From Clostridiales bacterium (GTDB lineage Bacteria; Bacillota; Clostridia; Lachnospirales; UBA12420), in assembly GCA_003452395.1 (NCBI GenBank), contig DMOI01000045.1, positions 3,727-67,726 on the forward strand: a stretch of 64,000 nucleotides of DNA, in the 5' to 3' direction. The notes below the pieces were generated by a model. The model ran no database searches, had not been told where the DNA came from, and worked only from the letters and a program-made list of their open reading frames with translations. The position numbers and the translations under genes are program-made. Numbering within the stretch: the first letter of the stretch is position 1; the number at the start of each line of letters is the position of its first letter. Shown here one piece after another: positions 29,576 to 37,131 of this stretch.

Positions 29576-29706
29576 AAATGCAAAGTACAGTGTGCAAAGT
29601 TCAAAGTACAAATCAAAGAATTATTTAAGTATAACCATCCTAATTATCATTTATTATTTATTCTTTGTACTTTGTTATTTGTCCTTTGTTATTTGTACTT
29701 TGTTTT
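29576..29706. repeat. family C heptamer-periodic hairpin between sigE and sigG
   Basis: Left arm AAATGCAAAGTACAGTGTGCAAAGTTCAAAGTACAAATCAAAGAAT. Right arm ATTC TTTGTAC TTTGTTA TTTGTCC TTTGTTA TTTGTAC TTTGTTT. Confidence 0.8.
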
Positions 29707-29729
29707 AATTATTGCCGAGCGGCTTATAT

Positions 29730-30464
29730 TTAATACAGTTTTGCCATTTCTTTTTTAAGCTTTTTTATTATCTTTTTCTCAAGCCTTGATATGTATGATT
29801 GTGATATTCCTAGTTCATCTGCTACCTCCTTTTGCGTCAATTCATCTCCTTCATTATAAATACCATATCGTAGTTCAATTATTTTCTTTTCCCTTAAGTT
29901 AAGTTTCTCAACACACTTTTTTAAAATCTTAGAATCTATTTCTTCCTCTATCTTTTTAGATACATTTGACTCCTCACTACCAATAACATCAGCAAGTAAA
30001 AGTTCATTTCCATCCCAATCTACATTAAGGGGTTCGTCTATAGAAACTTCAAACTTCGTTTTATTATTCTTTCTCACAAACATCAGAATCTCATTTTCTA
30101 TACATTTAGATGCATAAGTTGCAAGCTTTATATTCTTATTAGCCTCAAATGTATTAATTGCCTTAATAAGCCCTATATTCCCTATAGATACTAGATCTTC
30201 AAGTCCAATACCTACATTTTCAAATTTTTTTGCAAGATACACTACAAGCCTCAAATTTCTCTCTATAAGTTCGCGTTTAACTTTATTTCTATCGCAAGTA
30301 TTTAGTTTTTCAATCAACACTTTCTCCTCTTCTGGTTTTAGAGGCTCTGGAAGCACCTCATTATTGTTTATATAATGTATTCCCTCACCTAAATCCGAAT
30401 TAAACTTTCTTATAAAATTAATCCACAATAATTTTAGTTTTAAAATTAATTGTTTTAAGCTCAT
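29730..30464 (-). CDS. sigE: pro-sigma-E (sporulation sigma factor SigE)
   Basis: Pro-sequence-like N-terminus followed by sigma-70 regions 2-4. Start at the Met with GGGGGA 8 nt upstream. Follows spoIIGA. Confidence 0.9.
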   Translation of the reverse strand: MSLKQLILKLKLLWINFIRKFNSDLGEGIHYINNNEVLPEPLKPEEEKVLIEKLNTCDRNKVKRELIERNLRLVVYLAKKFENVGIGLEDLVSIGNIGLIKAINTFEANKNIKLATYASKCIENEILMFVRKNNKTKFEVSIDEPLNVDWDGNELLLADVIGSEESNVSKKIEEEIDSKILKKCVEKLNLREKKIIELRYGIYNEGDELTQKEVADELGISQSYISRLEKKIIKKLKKEMAKLY

Positions 30465-30495
30465 ACATATGTCCCCCTTTTTTATCATCACCTCC

Positions 30496-30638
30496 CAGAC
30501 TTGTCATTGCGAGGAGGTCCTTTCGACGTGGCAATCTCATCTTTAAAATTATTTCGCTATAGAAAGTATGTTTGTTTCATACGTTACTTTCTTTAAAGAT
30601 AAGATTGCTTCGTCGTTCCTTCTCGCAATGACAGTCTG
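30496..30638. repeat. family A palindromic element (complete) between spoIIGA and sigE
   Basis: Arms TTGTCATTGCGAGGAGGTCCTTTCGACGTGGCAATCTCATCTTTAAA and TTTAAAGATAAGATTGCTTCGTCGTTCCTTCTCGCAATGACAG. Confidence 0.85.
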
Positions 30639-30662
30639 CGGGTGCAGTTCAACTTTTGGCTT

Positions 30663-31508
30663 TTATCCTAATATCCTCGGATGTATTAGCATGTTATATT
30701 CATCATTGTTTGTAAATTTTCCTTTATATATTGCAATTATTTGATTTTCTAGCACCAAGTCTCCTAATTTATTATTTAAAATTACTACCTTATCAAACAT
30801 AACCCCTGTAAGCTTTCCATTAGCCTCTCCAACGCTTTTGTATGGTATATTGTACGTATCTACATCGTCATCAAAATCCTTCTGTAGCATATCCTTCAAT
30901 ATCTCATATTCGGATACTAAAACAGGTTTAAAACTTTTTGGCTCATATAGACTATTTCCAGTATCTATAATCCCTTTCAACGTCACAACATTTTTGTTTT
31001 TCAAAATCTGAACTATGTATATTTTACTTTTCGTAAAGTACTGATTTAAAATCACACTCGAGGCTTTGATTAGTAAATAGCTAAATATTACTGAAAAAAT
31101 TAGGAGTTTTATTGTAATTTTATTTGTTGCTACATAAATAAAATTTTGTATATACGAATTAGTGTTTATGTAGTACATAGTTGCAAATGTTACTCCTCCA
31201 ACAAAAGTGGAAACAATATAAACTGATATTATTATCTTGAATAATTCAACAATACTTTTAGGTCTAAACCCAACAATTATAGGAATTATAAATATTAGTC
31301 CACTTAAAATAATTTTATTTACAGTATTAAATTCAAAATATACAATAGCTACGCAGTAAGTTATTGATGCAATAAAAGATGCTACACACATTCGAATATG
31401 TGTGGTATTTAGTCTCAATAATTTTTTTGTTGCAAAAAATATTATAAAATTCATAACAAAATTCACAGCAAAAATTACATCTATATACAAATTTACTTCC
31501 AGTAGCAT
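30663..31508 (-). CDS. spoIIGA: sigma-E processing peptidase SpoIIGA
   Basis: Five N-terminal TM helices followed by the aspartic protease motif IIDTGNSL. Confidence 0.9.
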   Translation of the reverse strand: MLLEVNLYIDVIFAVNFVMNFIIFFATKKLLRLNTTHIRMCVASFIASITYCVAIVYFEFNTVNKIILSGLIFIIPIIVGFRPKSIVELFKIIISVYIVSTFVGGVTFATMYYINTNSYIQNFIYVATNKITIKLLIFSVIFSYLLIKASSVILNQYFTKSKIYIVQILKNKNVVTLKGIIDTGNSLYEPKSFKPVLVSEYEILKDMLQKDFDDDVDTYNIPYKSVGEANGKLTGVMFDKVVILNNKLGDLVLENQIIAIYKGKFTNNDEYNMLIHPRILG

Positions 31509-31572
31509 CAACCCCTCATAAATATACAGTTCTGTTTATACTTAGATTATATCCTTTGTATATGTAAAAAAA

Positions 31573-31613
31573 TGTAAAAAGAGTGAACTCAAATCAAGTT
31601 CACTCTTTTTACA
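31573..31613. terminator. perfect 16-17 bp hairpin insulating spoIIGA from the upstream gene
   Basis: TGTAAAAAGAGTGAACT-N7-AGTTCACTCTTTTTACA, which includes A and T runs in the stem. Confidence 0.6.
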
Positions 31614-31717
31614 TTTTTTATTTTATCCTATACAAAAATATATATTACCTCAAGTAAACTTACAAATTTGTCAGATAGTCTCCTCATCAGGCAACCGACG
31701 AGGTATTCTTTATCTAT

Positions 31718-31774
31718 CGTAGTGGTCGAGCTTGTCTCTGCTTCCTTTACGTCGAGACAAGCTCGACCACTACG
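31718..31774. other. perfect 21-bp GC-balanced hairpin of unknown function
   Basis: CGTAGTGGTCGAGCTTGTCTC, a 15-nt loop, then GAGACAAGCTCGACCACTACG. Confidence 0.8.
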
Positions 31775-31880
31775 TTACATAGCACGCCGCAAGCGGACAG
31801 GGAATTAAACCCTGAAAGATTAAAATATATTAAAAAAGCAGCTCCCTCACACTAGTTAGTACTAAAAATAAAGCTCCTCC

Positions 31881-31914
31881 AAAATAAAATTGCCCATCTA
31901 GGGCAATTTTATTT
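31881..31914 (-). terminator. terminator of the pilin-like gene 32038-33378
   Basis: Perfect 14-bp stem AAATAAAATTGCCC / GGGCAATTTTATTT with a 5-6 nt loop. Confidence 0.7.
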
Positions 31915-31940
31915 GAAGTCCGTTGCACTCTTCGAGTATA

Positions 31941-31973
31941 GTTTAACTAAGCTTTGAAAATACCAAAGCTAAG
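31941..31973 (-). repeat. conserved 3'-flank hairpin motif, copy 1
   Basis: On the minus strand CTTAGCTTTGGTATTTTCAAAGCTTAGTTAAAC. About 27 of 33 nt are shared with copy 2. Confidence 0.7.
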
Positions 31974-32037
31974 TTTCCACTTATCGCGTACGACACTAAT
32001 TCCGCGGCTCTTCTCTTCCGATATTTTTCCATCCTTT

Positions 32038-33378
32038 TTATTCCCACGTTATCGTATATGCATCCCCCGCACTAGCTCCGCTCGCTCCATCTAGTGTCAT
32101 ACCCGACGGACTTAAAAACAAAGCGGGCCGAACTCCGTTGTTACCGATATAGACGTAGTTGCAGTTCACCTCGCCACTCGCGAACACGTAGCGGACGTAG
32201 TACGAATTAAGCGCATAAGAGTCCCTTAGCCAGTAATACCCATACGCCCCTGTATTTAATCCTACATCTGTATAGCCTCCTGCTGTACTTTGCGTTACTG
32301 CTTCACTCGTTGGATATGCTTTTGTCCATGCTACTCCATCCCCTAGTGCCCCATTACTATATACATAGTCATTTAATTCCTTTATTCCTAGTAAAAATAC
32401 ACTTTCTGTCGTGTCTTTATAGTTTGCACTTACATAGTTTTCTACTGCTGCACTTGCATTTGTTGCTGTATATGTATGACTTGCTGTTCCTCCTGTTTTT
32501 GCGGCTGTTGCTGCATCTGTATTTGCTAGTATTGTTTTATGGGTTACTGGCATTATTTTACTTCTTTCTACTCCGTTAAAGTTTCCATCTGCCAAAAATC
32601 CTTTTTCTGCATCATATGGGTTGAAGCTACTATATACTCTTGCTGCGGTTGGCGAAAAGTATCCTAGCCAATCTACTAATCCAGCTCCTGCACTACTGTT
32701 TAGCCATGCTTTTAGGTTGCTTTTATCCCAGTAGTTACTTCCGTATGTTCCTCTATCTGCATCTCCCCCTGCTCCTGTTATCAGGTTTTCTCCTGTTGCG
32801 TCAAATGGTTTTATGCTTATTATTTTATCACTAAATAGCATGAGGTCTCCCTCGTGTAGTCCACTTCCTGGATTCGCTGCTAGGTATGCTGCGTCTACTT
32901 TGTTTATTACTCTCCATACGATTGGTTGACTTAGATATGTCCCGAATTTTAGGTAGTTTCCTACTGGCACATCTGCTACTACTGGTGGCTCTGGTTCTCC
33001 TCCACTTGCTACTCCTGTTACTTCTACTAGTGGCTGATTTACTGTTGCTATTCCTGTTACTGACGAGACAACTACTTTATACTCTTTTTCTGGATCTGTT
33101 GGATATATCGGATTTACGGGTAGCTCTTTTATATATCCTCCCGCTATCATTTCTGGTATACAGTCTGTATCATCTACTATACTATCTTGTGCTAATAGGT
33201 AGCTCTGTGCCTGTTGTTGTAGCATTCTCACATTTGCATTGTGTGCTATCTGCTTTGCTGTTTCGCTCTTATTCATGAATATTGGTATTGCTATTGTTGC
33301 TAGTGCTGCTAGTATTACCAGTACTGCTAATAATTCTAATAAAGTGAACCCTTTTTTGTTTTTTCTTTCAACTTTCAA
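32038..33378 (-). CDS. type IV prepilin-like N-terminus fused to a DUF1566/DUF6273-like (lectin-fold-like) domain
   Basis: KKG|FTLLELLAVLVILAALATIAIPIF class III signal motif. C-terminal YYWLRDS...GVRPALF pattern. GC clearly above its neighbours. TTG start lies inside a heptamer repeat. Confidence 0.75.
   Translation of the reverse strand: MKVERKNKKGFTLLELLAVLVILAALATIAIPIFMNKSETAKQIAHNANVRMLQQQAQSYLLAQDSIVDDTDCIPEMIAGGYIKELPVNPIYPTDPEKEYKVVVSSVTGIATVNQPLVEVTGVASGGEPEPPVVADVPVGNYLKFGTYLSQPIVWRVINKVDAAYLAANPGSGLHEGDLMLFSDKIISIKPFDATGENLITGAGGDADRGTYGSNYWDKSNLKAWLNSSAGAGLVDWLGYFSPTAARVYSSFNPYDAEKGFLADGNFNGVERSKIMPVTHKTILANTDAATAAKTGGTASHTYTATNASAAVENYVSANYKDTTESVFLLGIKELNDYVYSNGALGDGVAWTKAYPTSEAVTQSTAGGYTDVGLNTGAYGYYWLRDSYALNSYYVRYVFASGEVNCNYVYIGNNGVRPALFLSPSGMTLDGASGASAGDAYTITWE
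32119..32232 (-). other. candidate DGR-type variable-region-like segment (adenine-poor NNY codons)
   Basis: 38 codons from TGG CTA AGG to GCT TTG. By hand count 23 of 114 nt are A and only 2 codons end in A. AAC/TAC/TAT/TGC/ATC codons are interleaved with adenine-free GTC CGC, GTG TTC GCG and GTT CGG CCC GCT TTG. Confidence 0.4.
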
Positions 33379-33382
33379 CTTT
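33366..33382. repeat. family B short arm covering the start codon of the pilin-like gene
   Basis: TTTCAAC TTTCAAC TTT. Confidence 0.6.
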
Positions 33383-33597
33383 AATCACCATTCCTCTTAT
33401 TAAATTTTGCTATGATGTTTTTTCTTAGGTTATATGTATTTCATTGCTTTGCATGATTTATCCAGCTTTTTATCTTGTCTAATATTATCATTTTTCCAAG
33501 TACCAGTCAAGAATTTTTTGTAGAGTTTTTTGTTTTGAAAATAAGTCCCTCTTAATGACAAAATAAAGACAGATTACTAATCTGCCATTATTTCTTC

Positions 33598-34809
33598 TCA
33601 ACTTTCCAGTTTTCTCTTCCTCGCTGCGACTATCTTTAATACTACAAGCTTAACCACCCCTGCTGTTGGTACTGCTAGTATCATTCCTACAAGCCCGAAT
33701 TGTATTCCAACAATTACTGCAAGTAGTATAAATACTGGATGTAGACCAACACTTTGTCCTACTATTCTTGGTACCAATATATTTCCATCTATTTGTTGTA
33801 TTACACCTAGTACTATAAGTGCATAGAGTGCTGTTATTGGTTCTGGACTAAGTAGTCCTATAACAACAGCTACTGCAACTCCTATAAAGGGTCCGAAATA
33901 TGGTATGATATTAGCTAGTCCCGCAAAAAGTCCTACAAGAAACGCATATTCAAGTCCAACTATACTTAAAGATATTATACTTATAGCTGCTACTATTGAA
34001 CAATCGAGAAGCTGTCCACGTATAAACTTTGAAACAACACCGTCAACTTCAATCAAGAATCTGTTTATTCTATTACAATATCGTTTAGGCAATATAAGCC
34101 TCTGCCCTTCTTTATAAATCTTCTCAAAAAATTCTAAATCAACCATTATATAAAATGCAAGGACTAAAGCAAGCATGAAACTGATCAGATTGTCCATTAT
34201 TCCACTAAATAGATTTATTATAAAATCAAAAATAACTTGACCAACATTTCCAATTCCCTGTACAAACTCAGTTACCTTATCTTTCAAATCAGTAGATAGC
34301 AAATGACTTGCATCAAGTCTAGCCTTTAGATTTGATTCTAAAAATACCTTTGTTTCATCCATATAGTTCTTGGTTCCGCTAATTAATGAATCTAAATTTG
34401 TAGTTTCTAGTTTTCCTTTTATCATTACAAATCCCATAATAATTACAGTTGTAATTATTGAAATAATTAATACATAAGTCACCAAAACACTAACAAATGT
34501 TTTAAACCTTTCTTTCTTCTTAATTTCTTCTCCATTTTGTTCTTTTTTGCGACGCCTTTTTATAATTTCTTTAAACAAACCCTTTTTAATCCAAACAGAT
34601 ATTGGGTATAGTAGGTAGGCTATTATAAGTGCAATCCAAAGTGGTTTTAGTACACCTAATACATATAAAAATGTATTCAGTATTATCATGCAAACTTCCG
34701 GTATTACATTCACTATACTACTTAATATGTATATTATGGTGAATGATAGAATAACGTAAATGCTCACCTTTATTGCTACCCTATCCACATGATCAAAATT
34801 ATATCTCAT
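33598..34809 (-). CDS. AI-2E family transporter (PerM-like permease)
   Basis: 403 aa, about 8 TM segments, with a conserved C-terminal NIIPYFGPFIG-type segment. Confidence 0.8.
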   Translation of the reverse strand: MRYNFDHVDRVAIKVSIYVILSFTIIYILSSIVNVIPEVCMIILNTFLYVLGVLKPLWIALIIAYLLYPISVWIKKGLFKEIIKRRRKKEQNGEEIKKKERFKTFVSVLVTYVLIISIITTVIIMGFVMIKGKLETTNLDSLISGTKNYMDETKVFLESNLKARLDASHLLSTDLKDKVTEFVQGIGNVGQVIFDFIINLFSGIMDNLISFMLALVLAFYIMVDLEFFEKIYKEGQRLILPKRYCNRINRFLIEVDGVVSKFIRGQLLDCSIVAAISIISLSIVGLEYAFLVGLFAGLANIIPYFGPFIGVAVAVVIGLLSPEPITALYALIVLGVIQQIDGNILVPRIVGQSVGLHPVFILLAVIVGIQFGLVGMILAVPTAGVVKLVVLKIVAARKRKLES

Positions 34810-34825
34810 TTTTTATTCCTCCTCT

Positions 34826-36631
34826 TTACACAATCCGTTTAAATTTCTTCTCTATCTCGTATCTATTCATAGAAATTATTACTGGTCTTCCATGTGGACA
34901 ATGAAATGGATTATCTAAGTTCATAAGATCATCTATCATCCTCTTACTCTCATCAAAGCTCATTTTATCATTTGCCTTCACTGCTGATTTGCAGGCAATA
35001 CTTGCTATCTCTTGTTCTTTATTTTGATATGCGTTACTCACTTCTTTCACTAGCATCTGGTCAACAATGTCAAGAAAAAATTGTGCGTTACTTGGTTTGT
35101 TTAGTATTATCGGCACTTCCCTAATTGCAAAAGAATTTATACCAAACTCTTCTATTTCAAAACCAAATTTTTTTAATATATGCAAGTTCTTCAAAATAAT
35201 TTCTTTTTCTCTTATAGATACTTCTATTACCATTGGTTGCAGTAATTGTTGGGATATTATATGATCTGACACAAACTCACTCATAAGCTTCTCGTATAAA
35301 ACTTTCTCGTGTGCAGCATGTTGGTCAATTATGTACATACTACTTTCGTGTTCTAAAACCCAATATGTATTAAATATTTGCCCAACTATTTTATAGTCCT
35401 TTAATACTTCTTTTTTTTCTATTATTTTATTTTCATTTTCCTGCACTATATATTGCTCTGTAAAATTAGGTTGGTAATAAGTTTCTTTAGCTACTACTGG
35501 TTTTTGTCTTAAAATGCTCATAGAATTTTCTTTTAATACATGATTTTCAACTTCAAATGCCTCTTTAATGTGGCTCTTATCAAGTTCCGCTTTAACCTCT
35601 TTTTCTTCACTTAGAGGAATATCCACTATAAACGATTCGTTTTCTAATACTTTTTTTATAGCTTGATATATAGCACTACACACCTTTTTTTCTTCTTTAA
35701 ATCTTACTTCTATCTTGGTCGGATGTACATTTACATCAACCTCATCAGGTGGCATATTTATTTTCAATACGCAGAAAGGAAATCTTTTTATCATCATATA
35801 AGGCTTAAAGGCGTCTTCTAGATAATTCTCTATTCCTGTACTTTTTATATATCTTCCATTTACAAAAAAGTTTTCATACATTCTATTTGCTCTATTCACC
35901 TCAGGTTTTCCAATAAACCCTTCTACTCTTATATTATTTTCATATTCATTTATTTCTAACATTTTTTTGGTTATATCTCGTCCATATATATTAAATATAA
36001 CATTATTTAAATCATTATTCCCAGTAGTGAAAAAAACTACTTTATTATTATTTATAAATTTAAACGATACTTCCGGATGTCCAAGTGTCATCTTACTAAG
36101 AATTTCTTCTACAAAGGCCGCCTCAGTCATGTCAGTTTTTAAAAATTTTCTCCTTACTGGCGTATTATAAAATATATTTTTTACTATCATTGTAGTCCCT
36201 TCTGGACAACCAACTTCACTTTCTTCAGTAATCGTTCCACCATCTATCTGCATTCTAATACCAGTCAGTTCATTATGCTCCTTTGTTATTATCTCTACCT
36301 GGGATATTGCTGCTATGCTCGCAAGAGCCTCTCCCCTAAAACCCAAAGACAGAATACTACTTAAATCATTCTCGTCCGTGATTTTACTTGTTGCGTGACG
36401 AATAAAGGCAGTTTTTACGTCAGCTTTTGGTATTCCTGTCCCATTGTCGGTTACACGAATAAAAGATATCCCACCATTCTTCAACTCAACAGTTACCGCA
36501 GTAGCATTTGCATCAATAGAGTTTTCTACGAGTTCTTTTACTATAGAAGCTGGTCTTTCAACCACTTCTCCAGCAGCTATTTTATTTATGGTTTTGTTGT
36601 CTAGAATGTTTATTTTGTTCAAGTTACTCAC
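34826..36631 (-). CDS. mutL: DNA mismatch repair protein MutL
   Basis: KIAAGEVVERPASIVKELVENSIDA GHKL ATPase N-terminus and a C-terminal dimerisation/endonuclease region. The start may be the TTG at 36622. Confidence 0.95.
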   Translation of the reverse strand: MSNLNKINILDNKTINKIAAGEVVERPASIVKELVENSIDANATAVTVELKNGGISFIRVTDNGTGIPKADVKTAFIRHATSKITDENDLSSILSLGFRGEALASIAAISQVEIITKEHNELTGIRMQIDGGTITEESEVGCPEGTTMIVKNIFYNTPVRRKFLKTDMTEAAFVEEILSKMTLGHPEVSFKFINNNKVVFFTTGNNDLNNVIFNIYGRDITKKMLEINEYENNIRVEGFIGKPEVNRANRMYENFFVNGRYIKSTGIENYLEDAFKPYMMIKRFPFCVLKINMPPDEVDVNVHPTKIEVRFKEEKKVCSAIYQAIKKVLENESFIVDIPLSEEKEVKAELDKSHIKEAFEVENHVLKENSMSILRQKPVVAKETYYQPNFTEQYIVQENENKIIEKKEVLKDYKIVGQIFNTYWVLEHESSMYIIDQHAAHEKVLYEKLMSEFVSDHIISQQLLQPMVIEVSIREKEIILKNLHILKKFGFEIEEFGINSFAIREVPIILNKPSNAQFFLDIVDQMLVKEVSNAYQNKEQEIASIACKSAVKANDKMSFDESKRMIDDLMNLDNPFHCPHGRPVIISMNRYEIEKKFKRIV

Positions 36632-37131
36632 CTCTTAAATGTTTTTAATATAGATAAATCTCTCATCACTATATACCTAGCAACTTTTTCATCTCCACTA
36701 TCACCAAAATATTCATCTTCATTTTCCTCTTCCAATTTCTCTATGGCGTCATCTAAGCTCATCCAATTTACTGAAAATCCTAATCTCTGTTCCCGGAGTG
36801 TATATCTTGTCTCTTTAAGTTCACCAATAACTTTTGAAAAATAAATATATGATATTTGTATTAGCTTAAATTCATTTCTATATTCCACTGTATGCCCTAC
36901 AGCACCTATGACTTCGATATCTGCTCCAACCTCTTCCAATGTTTCTCGTCTTAACGCTTCCAATTCATTTTCGTCAATTTCGATCTTTCCACCAGGAAGT
37001 TTGTGATAATTAAGCTTCCCTACATATAACATAGCTATTTCACCCTTTTCATTCTGTAAAATAGTCATCACAGCTGTTCTTCTTTTATATATTATGTCTT
37101 GCCTATTTCCTATTTCGATTATTAGCTCCAT
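36628..37131 (-). CDS. NUDIX hydrolase
   Basis: Nudix box [23 protein letters not shown]. Confidence 0.85.
   Translation of the reverse strand: MELIIEIGNRQDIIYKRRTAVMTILQNEKGEIAMLYVGKLNYHKLPGGKIEIDENELEALRRETLEEVGADIEVIGAVGHTVEYRNEFKLIQISYIYFSKVIGELKETRYTLREQRLGFSVNWMSLDDAIEKLEEENEDEYFGDSGDEKVARYIVMRDLSILKTFKR

Noticed and set aside
31682-31703. CUGAUGAGG on the minus strand resembling the hammerhead ribozyme core
   Set aside because: No matching GAAA box, stem II/III arrangement or cleavage-site context could be built around it. It is most simply a 7-bp hairpin CCTCGTC-N8-GATGAGG.
32310-33278. Leucine-rich plus-strand ORFs (32310-32579, 32640-32834, 32886-33278) and similar ones at 58815-59687
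   Set aside because: They are antisense to the well-supported pilin-fused genes. Their L/H/Y-rich low-complexity translations are the mirror of A/T/G/S-rich coding sequence.
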